39,085 nt of DNA from a virus (IMGVR_UViG_3300032116_000060:1-39085); one strand, 5' to 3'. Counted from the stretch's first letter, positions 1-8,830 are shown. The notes: generated by a model from the sequence alone, not told the origin. A program made the numbers and translations.

Positions 1-791
1 TCATTTTTCATCATTTCGGTTAAAATCTCTTTTTGCTTACGCTTTTTATCGGTAATCAACCCATTAAATGCTATTATAAGTGCAACTGCCAACGGATCAA
101 ACACAAAAACTATGATAAAAATGAAAAATTTTACCACATTATTAAGGGAAACATCAAATGCTTCAGCTACAAATCGAAATCCACCAACTTCTCTCTCTAA
201 ATCGATGTTTTTGTTCTTAATGTTGTTGATTGAATCTAATGCAACGTTGTTCTGAATGGTTAATTCATCTATTCTTTTCGATATTTTAGTAATTTCTGAA
301 TCCGCATTACGAACCATTTGGGAAAGACGTGATGTTGAACCATTTCTTTCCACTACTTTAGAAATGTTCGCCTCCTGGGAGTTACGAATGTTTTGCTGAT
401 TGGTTAATTGAGTTGTGTATCTTTCAATCTCTTTATCATTTTTATTGATTTGAGTTTGAAATACTGCAACATCTCTTTCAATTTTTTGTAATTCTAAATT
501 TTGTTGTTGGAAGGCATTGGAAAGGTATCCAAAAATACCAGCAGATGTAATTAACATAAGAATACCTACTGATAAAGTAAGATACCATTTATTAAATCCA
601 TGTATTGAATCCCACATTTGCTTTAAGTAGGTTGCAGCAACCAATTTGGCAAATTCTAATGAACCTGCCATCACCATTACTGATAATGATGCTCCAGCAA
701 ATAATACCCCTAAACCTGTAACTGAAAAATATGCAGCACAACCTGCTACCAAAATTGCTGAAAAACCTACTAAGATTTTTAACCAATTCAT
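1..791 (-). CDS. Multi-pass membrane protein with central coiled coil, partial (runs off the left edge; absent from the ORF track)
   Basis: Manual translation from ATG at 791: MNWLKILVGFSAILVAGCAAYFSVTGLGVLFAG...SAGIFGYLSNAF...FIIVFVFDPLAVALIIAF. No stop before position 1. Three to four hydrophobic segments flank a polar heptad-rich region. Confidence 0.85.
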   Translation of the reverse strand, partial: MNWLKILVGFSAILVAGCAAYFSVTGLGVLFAGASLSVMVMAGSLEFAKLVAATYLKQMWDSIHGFNKWYLTLSVGILMLITSAGIFGYLSNAFQQQNLELQKIERDVAVFQTQINKNDKEIERYTTQLTNQQNIRNSQEANISKVVERNGSTSRLSQMVRNADSEITKISKRIDELTIQNNVALDSINNIKNKNIDLEREVGGFRFVAEAFDVSLNNVVKFFIFIIVFVFDPLAVALIIAFNGLITDKKRKQKEILTEMMKN

Positions 792-792
792 T

Positions 793-969
793 TTATCCTA
801 AGTCTAATAAATCGTTGTTACCTTCAACTAAATTTTTAACTTCTTCTAATAATCTAATTGCTTCCGTATTGTTAGCCGGTCTCGCTCCCTTCATCATATC
901 CAAAACAATTCTTAATCTTTGATTGATTGCTTCATTGTTGTCTTGAATTCTTTGTTTAAATTTTGCCAT
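793..969 (-). CDS. Hypothetical helical protein, 58 aa (below ORF-track cutoff)
   Basis: MAKFKQRIQDNNEAINQRLRIVLDMMKG...NNDLLDLG*. The stop abuts the next start at 791, and a TATATTTATA motif lies upstream. Confidence 0.75.
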   Translation of the reverse strand: MAKFKQRIQDNNEAINQRLRIVLDMMKGARPANNTEAIRLLEEVKNLVEGNNDLLDLG

Positions 970-985
970 AAAATTGATTTGTTTA

Positions 986-995
986 TATAAATATA
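986..995 (-). promoter_or_regulatory. TATATTTATA motif, candidate late/phage-specific promoter
   Basis: The same 10-mer occurs upstream of minus-strand starts at 7237-7246, 14792-14801 and 31651-31660. Confidence 0.5.
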
Positions 996-1002
996 TATTA
1001 AT

Positions 1003-1030
1003 AAAAAAGGGAAGATATAAATCCTCCCTT
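1003..1030 (-). terminator. Intrinsic terminator downstream of Hsp20
   Basis: Minus strand reads AAGGGAGGA-tttata-TCTTCCCTT followed by TTTT. The one non-Watson-Crick pair is G-U on the minus strand. Confidence 0.7.
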
Positions 1031-1055
1031 ACTAAATATAGAAATAAAAATCTAA

Positions 1056-1448
1056 TTATCCAACTTTTAGCGAAAGTTTTTTAGGTTTAGATTCTTCTTT
1101 TCTTTCAACAATGAATGTCAAGATACCATTCTTAACTTCTGCTTTAGCACTTCTACCATCTAAATCTTTACCCAAAGTAATTCTTTCATCGATGTTAGCA
1201 ACTAATTCAGTAAATGGTGTTTTATCTTCACCTTTTTTTGCTTTTACTTCTATTTTGTCTTCATAACAATTAATCTCAATGTTTTTCGGGTCATGCCCTA
1301 AAACTGATAATGCAATAAATGCTTTATCATCTTTTACCTCAACCGCAAATTTTGAGGGAACATAGGTATGAGAATAAGTTTCCCATAGCGGGGTTTTGTC
1401 TGCAACCATTAATTTGTCAACGAATCTGTCGAAATCTGAATAGAACAT
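1056..1448 (-). CDS. Small heat-shock protein (Hsp20/alpha-crystallin)
   Basis: Alpha-crystallin features: LSVLGHDPKNIEI, AKAEVKNGILTFIV, and a C-terminal IxI-like KKLSL segment. Confidence 0.9.
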   Translation of the reverse strand: MFYSDFDRFVDKLMVADKTPLWETYSHTYVPSKFAVEVKDDKAFIALSVLGHDPKNIEINCYEDKIEVKAKKGEDKTPFTELVANIDERITLGKDLDGRSAKAEVKNGILTFIVERKEESKPKKLSLKVG

Positions 1449-1478
1449 AGTTTTAAGTTTTTAAGTTTACTTATAGTA

Positions 1479-1494
1479 TTCAATTCTTATACCA
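1479..1494 (-). promoter_or_regulatory. Sigma54-like -24/-12 element upstream of Hsp20
   Basis: TGGTATAAGAATTGAA aligns with TGGCACGNNNNTTGCW at the correct GG-to-TTG spacing. Confidence 0.3.
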
Positions 1495-1561
1495 CCACCC
1501 CTTTTGTTACAAAATACTGACAAAATTACATTCACAATATAACAAAAAAGAAAAAGTGTCA

Positions 1562-2215
1562 TTAAAATACTCTCAACCCTTGTTGTCTTTCAATAACAGT
1601 ACTCATATGGTCTGCCCAATGTAGAATATACTGAATGGTATAACGAAGGTATTTTGAAGTATCATAAACTTTGTAATACTTTTCATTATCTTCATCATAA
1701 ACTCCGTCTGTTAATTTAATACCAAACCATTCTTTATCAGAATAGGTAATACCATATTGAGAAAGAGTAAAAAATCCTCTATCAGTAATACTCATAAATG
1801 GAATTGCTTCGTTTCTTTTAAAGTATTCACCCTTATTCTTAATATGCCAATCAGAATCGTTGGCTATATAATGTAATTCACCCTTAATACCCAACTTACC
1901 TAAATCGTGATGCAATGCTGCAAAAATTAATTCTTCATCTGTAAAATCAACTGTTCCACCACATTCAGTAAAAAGATTTTTCATTTTTAAAGAATGCTTA
2001 CAAACATTAAATATGTGGTCAATGTAACCACCTTCATACGCATAATGGAAATTCTTATTACCACTCGCTGGTGATAACATTAGGTTAGGTCCCAATTCTT
2101 CCATCGAATACATTTTGAGAAGTTTTTCTTTCCTTTCTCCTGTGATGTATTTATCGATTATTCCTAGGAACTTTCGATAGTTACTTTCTAACTCTTCATT
2201 TGTGTGTCTATTCAT
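1562..2215 (-). CDS. HD-domain metal-dependent phosphohydrolase
   Basis: GGYIDHIFNV, ALHHDLGK and LHWADHMS motifs. Confidence 0.85.
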   Translation of the reverse strand: MNRHTNEELESNYRKFLGIIDKYITGERKEKLLKMYSMEELGPNLMLSPASGNKNFHYAYEGGYIDHIFNVCKHSLKMKNLFTECGGTVDFTDEELIFAALHHDLGKLGIKGELHYIANDSDWHIKNKGEYFKRNEAIPFMSITDRGFFTLSQYGITYSDKEWFGIKLTDGVYDEDNEKYYKVYDTSKYLRYTIQYILHWADHMSTVIERQQGLRVF

Positions 2216-2273
2216 AACCTTTATTTTTATTATTCTTTTTCTGTTGTCTAGTCTATACTAAAATAAGATACCC

Positions 2274-2304
2274 CAAATATACGAAAATTTTTCCAATTTT
2301 CCAA
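2274..2304 (-). promoter_or_regulatory. Bacteroidota-type promoter TTGGA-N18-TATATTTG
   Basis: Matches the TAnnTTTG -7 element; the same 18-nt spacer occurs in nine copies in the window. Confidence 0.7.
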
Positions 2305-2328
2305 CTAAAACCAAATATTTTTTTTCAA

Positions 2329-2637
2329 CTATTTTAAATTTTCTTTTGTAAGAACAAAATACAGCATATCTAATTCCTCTACAAAGGTACATAAACCCAA
2401 TCCTCCACTATCAAATAGTTCAACGATATACTCACCCTCGTTAAGGCCTATATCCACAGATTCAACATTATATGAGGAAATAAGATACATACAATTCGGG
2501 TCAGTATTACTTTTTGGTAATTTGAGCATAAATGCGTATGAACCCTCATCCTGCTCATCATTGATTCTCTCAAATCCTAAATCGATTAGATGTTCCTCTG
2601 TAATAGGGGTTAATTCAATTTGTATTTTCGGTTTCAT
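2329..2637 (-). CDS. Hypothetical protein
   Basis: 102-aa ORF coupled (TAATG) to the upstream gene. Confidence 0.75.
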   Translation of the reverse strand: MKPKIQIELTPITEEHLIDLGFERINDEQDEGSYAFMLKLPKSNTDPNCMYLISSYNVESVDIGLNEGEYIVELFDSGGLGLCTFVEELDMLYFVLTKENLK

Positions 2638-3188
2638 TAATCTAAAACTATTTTTGTGTAAAGAATCTTATTAGATTCGTAATTAAATGCCTTTACAATC
2701 ATAGTATCACCTCTCATCCTACTAATCGGTGAAATGATGGTGTTTATTTCTCCTTTTGTCCCACTATATGATGCTTTGTTTACAGTAGGAACTAATTCAT
2801 CCTTTGAGGCAATAAGTGGTGGTAAATTAGCAATTGTAAATTGACCGGTATAATAATTAAGGTATGATTTTGTGATGGTTGCAATTGTATCATTTCTTTT
2901 TAGCATCCAATATAAGTTACTTTCCCACTCAATTTTTTGTGGAGGAAAAGGCTCTTTACCATTCACTAAAATTCTACCAGTAACCCTATGAGATTGTTGA
3001 TTAAGAGTTGTATCAATTTTAAGGTGATAAAACCCATTACCATCTTTTAGTAAAGACCTACTACCATCTCTCATTAAAACTGAATCAATTGTAAAGGTAT
3101 ATTCTTTAATTGGTTGAACACTTTCCACATCTTTCTCGCACGCAGAAAAAAGAAAAAACGCCGAAATACCTATTAAGGTTTTTTTCAT
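2637..3188 (-). CDS. Putative lipoprotein (start revised to MKKTL at 3188)
   Basis: Signal peptide MKKTLIGISAFFLFSA|C with a lipobox followed by EKD. ATGA overlap with the upstream stop. Confidence 0.7.
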   Translation of the reverse strand: MKKTLIGISAFFLFSACEKDVESVQPIKEYTFTIDSVLMRDGSRSLLKDGNGFYHLKIDTTLNQQSHRVTGRILVNGKEPFPPQKIEWESNLYWMLKRNDTIATITKSYLNYYTGQFTIANLPPLIASKDELVPTVNKASYSGTKGEINTIISPISRMRGDTMIVKAFNYESNKILYTKIVLD

Positions 3189-3640
3189 AGTAAATGTTTT
3201 AATACTGATTCCCAATCCGGAAATTTATTAGTTCCAAAATGAATATGCTCTCCTCCGAAATTTTCTACACCATTTGCTTTTCTATCATCAATAATGTAAT
3301 CACCAATTAACATTCCTTTCAAATGTGTTATGGCCATCTTCTTATAGAATAGTTCACCAAAGTACTCTTCAATCCAAAACCTCTTATCCATAGCGGCCAT
3401 TGGATTACCCCACGGCGCTGCGGTTGCAATATACATTTCATACTTACCACTCTCTTCCAATTTCTTAATCGCCTCAATAGCCCCTTTTATCGGCGGAGGG
3501 TTTCGGAAAATACCAGGTATATGGTCGTAATCACCTTCGTATGATGTTTTTAACAATTCGTTTTTAGAGATGGTTTCCTCAACATGTCCATTGAAATCAA
3601 CTAACACACCATCCATATCAATCCACAATACTTTTTTCAT
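3185..3640 (-). CDS. 5'(3')-deoxyribonucleotidase, HAD superfamily (NT5C-like)
   Basis: IDMDGVLVDF, KRFWIEEYF, GDYIIDD and FPDW motifs. Confidence 0.9.
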   Translation of the reverse strand: MKKVLWIDMDGVLVDFNGHVEETISKNELLKTSYEGDYDHIPGIFRNPPPIKGAIEAIKKLEESGKYEMYIATAAPWGNPMAAMDKRFWIEEYFGELFYKKMAITHLKGMLIGDYIIDDRKANGVENFGGEHIHFGTNKFPDWESVLKHLL

Positions 3641-3643
3641 AAT

Positions 3644-3862
3644 CTATTTTAAATGATAACTATATAACCAACCACAATCATCATCATATATATCTTGCTC
3701 AACAACATTTTTACCTATGATTTCTTGCAGTTTATTTAAATTAACTCTACTCCAATAACCGAATCGAAAATAAACTGAATTAGAACCCATTGATTGGTCT
3801 ATATCAAAATCACCAAAAACTTCTTCTACCTTCTTCAATTGTGAAATGTCTATCCTATTCAT
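3644..3862 (-). CDS. Hypothetical protein
   Basis: 72-aa ORF in operon context. Confidence 0.7.
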   Translation of the reverse strand: MNRIDISQLKKVEEVFGDFDIDQSMGSNSVYFRFGYWSRVNLNKLQEIIGKNVVEQDIYDDDCGWLYSYHLK

Positions 3863-3883
3863 ATTTTTAAGTTTTATATTTTA

Positions 3884-4231
3884 TTAAAGGTATTCAGGCC
3901 CATAAACTCCATACTTAGCAGTTCCATCGATGATGTTACCCCTAGCATGCTTTGCCGGAGCTTTCCAAGTTGCTGCTTTCAACAAATCACCTTTCTTAAT
4001 TGGTGAACCTTTCAAGTCTCCATCAACTCTACTGATGAATCCCCAACAGGTAGTTCCATCCCATAAACGAATGAATTTATTTCCAATTTCAACGGTCAAT
4101 TCTTTCCATTGATTGGGTATATTCGCTTTCACATAGTAATCTTTTCTTTGAATGTTTACGGTGTTGATAAAATTACCTACAATTGGATTAGAATTTAGAT
4201 AATCTAACGCTTTTTGATTTGTGGTTCTCAT
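3884..4231 (-). CDS. Conserved phage hypothetical protein
   Basis: KGDLLKAATWKAPAKHARGNI motif recognised from uncharacterised phage proteins. First gene after the 4255-4285 promoter. Confidence 0.75.
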   Translation of the reverse strand: MRTTNQKALDYLNSNPIVGNFINTVNIQRKDYYVKANIPNQWKELTVEIGNKFIRLWDGTTCWGFISRVDGDLKGSPIKKGDLLKAATWKAPAKHARGNIIDGTAKYGVYGPEYL

Positions 4232-4254
4232 ATTTCTTATCTTTTATTACATAG

Positions 4255-4285
4255 TAAAGATATGACAAATAATTGAATTTTCCAA
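4255..4285 (-). promoter_or_regulatory. Promoter TTGGA-N18-TATCTTTA with downstream CTATGTAAT extension
   Basis: The 17-mer TATCTTTACTATGTAAT (4246-4262) is identical at 30027-30043 and 38814-38830. Confidence 0.7.
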
Positions 4286-4300
4286 GCATTATGAGGATTA

Positions 4301-4337
4301 TTTTAAAAAAATAACCCATTGAAAATCAACGGGTTAT
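4301..4337 (-). terminator. Hairpin ATAACCCGTTGA-TTT-TCAATGGGTTAT plus T-tract
   Basis: 27-nt inverted repeat at 4311-4337 followed by TTTTTT on the minus strand. Near-identical copy at 30092-30118. Confidence 0.7.
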
Positions 4338-5092
4338 AAAAAATTAATCGATTTTTCAAAAAAATCATACTCAAAAGTAATCGGTGGGTTAAGGGCTTCA
4401 TACCTTAAATTACAAGTACACCCATTAAAGGCAAATCCTCCCCAAAATGTTTCCTTATATCCATACCCTTCGTGAATATGCCCACTAAAATGTAAAGGAG
4501 TTTTTAATTCATTCAATCGGTGGTATAAATCAGCACATCCTACATTTTCATAGGTATTAGATGTTCTATCACAATAGCCGTATATTGGGCCGTGTGTAAT
4601 TACTATATCAGTATCATCGGGGATTTTATTCCAAATTTGTGCTGAATCGTAACCCCTATCAACATTAAATCCCCAACCATATCCAAAAGTAGCGGAATAA
4701 GGTGAACCCCATATTTTCAGTTGGTCTATTTCTACAAATGAATTTTCCAAATAAAAAACATTAGGATTAAGACCTGTTGCTAATAAATCCTCCAACCAAT
4801 CAGGCTTTCCTTTTACAGGTGGCTCAAAATACTGCCTTCTATCAAAGTGAACGGATTTATCTCTAAACAATTCTTCGGAATCAAATGTTAGGTCGTGATT
4901 ACCTGCTATAAACACTTTGTTAGTGTAATTATCGATTCCATTAAACCATTTGATAAACTCTTCAACTTCGTGCTTCCTACCAATAGATGAAACATCACCA
5001 CTATGAATAAGTAAATCACCACCTGGTAATTTACCATTTAGCTGTTTGTGTTTGTTATGAGTATCACTAATATGTGTGATTATTCTTTTCAT
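4334..5092 (-). CDS. Calcineurin-like metallophosphoesterase (start revised to ATG 5092)
   Basis: ISDTH, HSGD, AGNHD, ITHGP and GHIH motifs. The track's TTG start overlaps the promoter -7 box. Confidence 0.9.
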   Translation of the reverse strand: MKRIITHISDTHNKHKQLNGKLPGGDLLIHSGDVSSIGRKHEVEEFIKWFNGIDNYTNKVFIAGNHDLTFDSEELFRDKSVHFDRRQYFEPPVKGKPDWLEDLLATGLNPNVFYLENSFVEIDQLKIWGSPYSATFGYGWGFNVDRGYDSAQIWNKIPDDTDIVITHGPIYGYCDRTSNTYENVGCADLYHRLNELKTPLHFSGHIHEGYGYKETFWGGFAFNGCTCNLRYEALNPPITFEYDFFEKSINFL

Positions 5093-5095
5093 TCC

Positions 5096-5126
5096 CAAAT
5101 ATAAGAAAAATTATTCGTTATTCCAA
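5096..5126 (-). promoter_or_regulatory. Bacteroidota-type promoter TTGGA-N18-TATATTTG
   Basis: The -7 box ends 3 nt before ATG 5092. Confidence 0.65.
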
Positions 5127-5821
5127 ATTATTTTTTCAGCATTCATATAAGTTATATTAAATAAAAGTGCTATTCGGTTTACATCACATTTTAGTAAAGA
5201 AACTGAATGCTCCGGATCACTATCACCTCTAAAATTTAAAAATACCAATTTACCATAATCTGGTGGCAATTCTTTTCCATTTACAACAAAACAACCGCCA
5301 CATCTCTTTTTATAATCTTTATTAAGGTATAGTAAGATGTTTGCTAATTTAGTAAAATCTTTTGGAATAGCAGGTTTACCATCTTTATGAGGTGATAGCC
5401 TCCCGCTCTTTTTATACATAGTTAATAATCCCTCCGATAAAGTAAATTTTTTGATGCTAAATTTTGTATCATCTAATTTACGAACAATTATATCGTTTCC
5501 ATAAATTTCGAAAACTTTTGATACTATGTATTTGTAAATTAGGGGGTAATCTCTCCAATCAATAGTTTTACCATATAATGAAAATTGTCCTATGTTAAAA
5601 TCATTCTCGCTTATCCATTTTTCTATTTCATTATATTCATCGGAAAGGGTTGAAAACGAATCAAACTCTCTTATTGTATTATTAAATCCCTCTCTTTCTG
5701 GCCCTCTTAAAATCACTTTATTATAATTTGATGTATCACTGCAAAAGGAATGTAATGTTTCCAATTCATTTATTAAATCGGATTCTGATGCCAAATCGAA
5801 TTCATAGAAGGGTTTTTCCAT
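5111..5821 (-). CDS. 2OG-Fe(II) oxygenase family protein (start likely MEKPF at 5821)
   Basis: PHKD (HxD), GGCFVV, HSV...NRIALLF (distal His and Arg). The longer track start would overlap the divergent gene. Confidence 0.7.
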   Translation of the reverse strand: MEKPFYEFDLASESDLINELETLHSFCSDTSNYNKVILRGPEREGFNNTIREFDSFSTLSDEYNEIEKWISENDFNIGQFSLYGKTIDWRDYPLIYKYIVSKVFEIYGNDIIVRKLDDTKFSIKKFTLSEGLLTMYKKSGRLSPHKDGKPAIPKDFTKLANILLYLNKDYKKRCGGCFVVNGKELPPDYGKLVFLNFRGDSDPEHSVSLLKCDVNRIALLFNITYMNAEKIIWNNE

Positions 5822-5869
5822 AGAATTATATATATACTTATAGATATAAAAGGTTTTATTAATAGGGTT

Positions 5870-6835
5870 ATGAAAAAAGTATTTAAGATAGATTTCGGAC
5901 AATTTGATAATGATAAAAAATTAGTTTCCGAATACTCCTTATCATTTGAAGTTCAACAGCATCTTATTGCGGAATTGTGGTTTGATAAATTAAAAGATTT
6001 ATTATCCGATTCGACATGGAAATTAGAAACACGATGGGCCGCATTTAAACTACCTAGCCGTAATCCAAAAATTCTTGTTGAAAAATTAAAAAGATGCGTT
6101 GAAGCAATTAATAACTCCGATTGGTTCGATTATCATATTATAGAAAGTGATATGATTACTGAAGATTACCCTATGGAGGTTCATAACATTATACATCATC
6201 ATTTCGAAACCCTAATTGGACAAGTTTGGAAACCATCCGAATACTGGCAAAGAATAATTGAAAAGAAGGATTGGAAATTAGTAGATGCGGTTAGAGGATT
6301 AAATGACCTTTCGCATGAAATTGAAGAGTGGAATATGGGAGGAGATGCAACTATTTGCACTACATTTATGAACGGACTTGCTCCAATACAAAAAGTAGAA
6401 TTACCAAAAGAGGCTGATGAATGGTTTACATTAGATGGTGCATTTGGTAGAGGTTATTTACATTATGCACAATTAGGAAAAACGTGGCAAGAAGTTTGTA
6501 TCGATGATGATGACCATATAGATCCTACTAACATATCCGAACACCGATTATTAAGTGGTGAATTCGATTTACAATTTTCTTTGTATGATAGAACTCACGA
6601 AGGAATGGTTGAATCGTTTGGTATGAGAGAAAAACTTGCTAAATTCGATAGAACACCAGATGATAAAAGCCTTCGATTAGGATACTGCCCTATATTCGAT
6701 ATTAAATCTCAATCTATATTAACGAATGATGATAAACTAAACATTATTGATAATATAAGAAATCATCCTCAAATTATAAGGATGAATTTAGATGGAGTAG
6801 AGAGACCGTTTACTCCCTACTTTGATCCATATTAA
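5870..6835 (+). CDS. Hypothetical protein; the only credible plus-strand gene
   Basis: 321-aa ORF filling a gap with no minus-strand gene. His-rich segments IIHHHFE and LNDLSHEIE. Function unknown. Confidence 0.8.
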   Translation: MKKVFKIDFGQFDNDKKLVSEYSLSFEVQQHLIAELWFDKLKDLLSDSTWKLETRWAAFKLPSRNPKILVEKLKRCVEAINNSDWFDYHIIESDMITEDYPMEVHNIIHHHFETLIGQVWKPSEYWQRIIEKKDWKLVDAVRGLNDLSHEIEEWNMGGDATICTTFMNGLAPIQKVELPKEADEWFTLDGAFGRGYLHYAQLGKTWQEVCIDDDDHIDPTNISEHRLLSGEFDLQFSLYDRTHEGMVESFGMREKLAKFDRTPDDKSLRLGYCPIFDIKSQSILTNDDKLNIIDNIRNHPQIIRMNLDGVERPFTPYFDPY

Positions 6836-6837
6836 AT

Positions 6838-7219
6838 TGGTGGAGGTGGAGGGAGTCGAACCCTCGTCCAAATACGGATTTAATAAACATCGTTCACAAG
6901 CTTAGTTTGTTTTTCTTAACAAACAAAATATTCGGTTGGTTCTTCACCATCGGCAACCGATAAACAATGGGTGATTCGATTTTGGGTTCAATCACTTTTT
7001 CACCTTTATAACTACTTCTGTTACTAAGCGTATGTAGTCCGGCTCTATTGTTTGATTAGGCTGCTACAGCGTAATCAGCACCAACGAATGCCATAGCATC
7101 TTCGAAGGTCATTGTAGATAATTCTACGTCATTTATTGTTCGATAGGTATTTACGGATTTCCATCTAACCCGGCTTGCAATTCACCAACTCATCGTACCT
7201 GTCAAAACCAGGCACCCCC
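6838..7219 (-). ncRNA. ssrA: tmRNA (382 nt)
   Basis: 5' GGGGGTG pairs with 3' CACCTCC-A-CCA, giving the G3-U70 alanine determinant and an encoded CCA. T-arm GAGGG-TTCGACT-CCCTC, 5' CCTGGTTTTGACAGG, and an internal tag ORF ending YAVAA*. Confidence 0.97.
7056..7130 (-). other. tmRNA tag reading frame DVELSTMTFEDAMAFVGADYAVAA*
   Basis: Resume codon GAC inferred from the upstream AATAAAT context; 24 codons to TAA. The stop and C-terminus are certain, the resume position is inferred. Confidence 0.75.
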
Positions 7220-7221
7220 AA

Positions 7222-8781
7222 TTACTTCTTATAAAATATAAATATAGGTTCGTATTTGTAAAACTCACCATTTATCTTCATACTATTTTTTACATTTGAT
7301 AAATCAACACCTGTCATTGGAGACATCGTCATCTTTATCTTACCCTTATATTCCATACCTAATTCAGTAAGTATATCAATACTATCTTGCTCTAATGGAT
7401 AAAAACTTTTACCAATTTTAATGTCCGCAATGTTCCAAAGAATATATCTATCATTTCGTAAGTATTCGTATGCGGTTGTTAAGGTAGGTCGTAAAAATCC
7501 ATCTCTCCAACTTTCATAATTACTAAATTTCTTAAATGATTGGGTTTCATCATCGGAATACCTTTCTCTATCAAAATATGGAGGTGAAGTAAATATAAAA
7601 TCTAATTGCCCTTTCCATTTTTGAAATCCAACCTCATTACTAATAATCTCACTACCCGTTCTATAAATCTCATAGGTATTTTTATGCCCCCAAAATGGAT
7701 TAGCCGCACCAGGTATACGCGAATTAAAAAACTCAGCCAAATACTCATAACGAGTCTTACCTATTTCCTCAATATAATTTTCAGTATTCGGATCATTCCC
7801 AATATAGTGAAGGTTTCTATCATCTACACTCAATGCCCCTAAAATTCTACCACCCCAACCGGATGATGGGTCATAAATGTTAATTTGCTTTTGCTCTTTA
7901 ATATGGTTTGTAAATCTTTGATACAAATACTTCGCAGTAAGTGGAGGAAAGTTTACGGCTGCCTGTGTTCCCATTCCAATTCTAAATGCCGCAGTTGCCT
8001 CCGGAAATATAGTTTGACCTAATGGATACCACTTTAATTGAATAGGTTGTTTTTCTAAATCAACTAATGAATCTATATCTTCGCCCCAATTAGCAGTTTT
8101 AAGAGATGAAATATGTTTATACTGAATTATACCCGCTTTGTATAACTCTTTAACTTCTTCCGCAGTAATCGGTAAGGATTCAATTCGGCTATCGGTTTGA
8201 GCCAAACAAAAATCATGCCCTTCCCATACATCACCACTCATCCATTTTTCAATCCATTCTTTTGCAGTTGGTAAATGTGAATTATGGTGTTCTTTATTTC
8301 CTTTTGCAAGAGTTTTTGAGAAACGATACATTGCATCTTGTCGAGTCAATCTCCTCATTTGTTTTGCAAATTCAGCGAGATATTCATCATTACAAAAAAT
8401 ATCGTAAATAGATGGTTTCGGTTTATCGTAAGTTGAACCACCGATACCCGTTTTATACATCGCAGGAAAGAACTGATTTACTGGTGTAGCAAATTTATTG
8501 AAATTAAAGATTACCTCATCACCGTCATCATCCTTTTCTTCGAACTTATCTACCTTATAGGTTTGTAATTTTGAAAATTGTTCAATAATCTCGGCTTCCG
8601 AAGAACCAATACGAGGAGGTGCACCCGTTTCATTCCAAACTTCAACAACCGTTTTTCTGAACATTGTCACCCAATCTTCAAATTCTTTAAGTGTCATTTT
8701 AAGAACATCTTCATACTTTAAGTTAATATGAGGTTCATTAAAATAATCACACTTTTCGTAAAAATACTTCTTTTCTGACAT
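7222..8781 (-). CDS. Amino (N6A/N4C) DNA methyltransferase-like protein with long N-terminal region (start revised to MSEKK at 8781)
   Basis: SAM-binding YDPSSGWGGR and catalytic FTSPPYF motifs. Confidence 0.8.
   Translation of the reverse strand: MSEKKYFYEKCDYFNEPHINLKYEDVLKMTLKEFEDWVTMFRKTVVEVWNETGAPPRIGSSEAEIIEQFSKLQTYKVDKFEEKDDDGDEVIFNFNKFATPVNQFFPAMYKTGIGGSTYDKPKPSIYDIFCNDEYLAEFAKQMRRLTRQDAMYRFSKTLAKGNKEHHNSHLPTAKEWIEKWMSGDVWEGHDFCLAQTDSRIESLPITAEEVKELYKAGIIQYKHISSLKTANWGEDIDSLVDLEKQPIQLKWYPLGQTIFPEATAAFRIGMGTQAAVNFPPLTAKYLYQRFTNHIKEQKQINIYDPSSGWGGRILGALSVDDRNLHYIGNDPNTENYIEEIGKTRYEYLAEFFNSRIPGAANPFWGHKNTYEIYRTGSEIISNEVGFQKWKGQLDFIFTSPPYFDRERYSDDETQSFKKFSNYESWRDGFLRPTLTTAYEYLRNDRYILWNIADIKIGKSFYPLEQDSIDILTELGMEYKGKIKMTMSPMTGVDLSNVKNSMKINGEFYKYEPIFIFYKK
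7237..7246 (-). promoter_or_regulatory. TATATTTATA motif inside the MTase 3' end, upstream of the tmRNA
   Basis: Exact match to the motif at 986, 14792 and 31651; ends 17 nt before the mature tmRNA 5' end. Confidence 0.45.
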
Positions 8782-8799
8782 TATGATTTTATTAGTATT

Positions 8800-8830
8800 C
8801 AAAGATACTAAAAAATTGTGTGATTTCCAA
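8800..8830 (-). promoter_or_regulatory. Bacteroidota-type promoter (T)TTGGA-N18-TATCTTTG
   Basis: Equivalent to TTTG-N20-TAnnTTTG. Confidence 0.75.

Noticed and set aside
3185-3200. NT5C C-terminus KHLL as a member of the tag set
   Set aside because: It lies far from the island, has no S/T/K at P-2, and a hydrophobic helix end is normal for this family. Counted as background.
6838-6870. tRNA-Ala gene
   Set aside because: The T-arm and acceptor end pair with a 5' segment about 380 nt away, and a tag ORF lies between them. There is no anticodon arm, so this is tmRNA.
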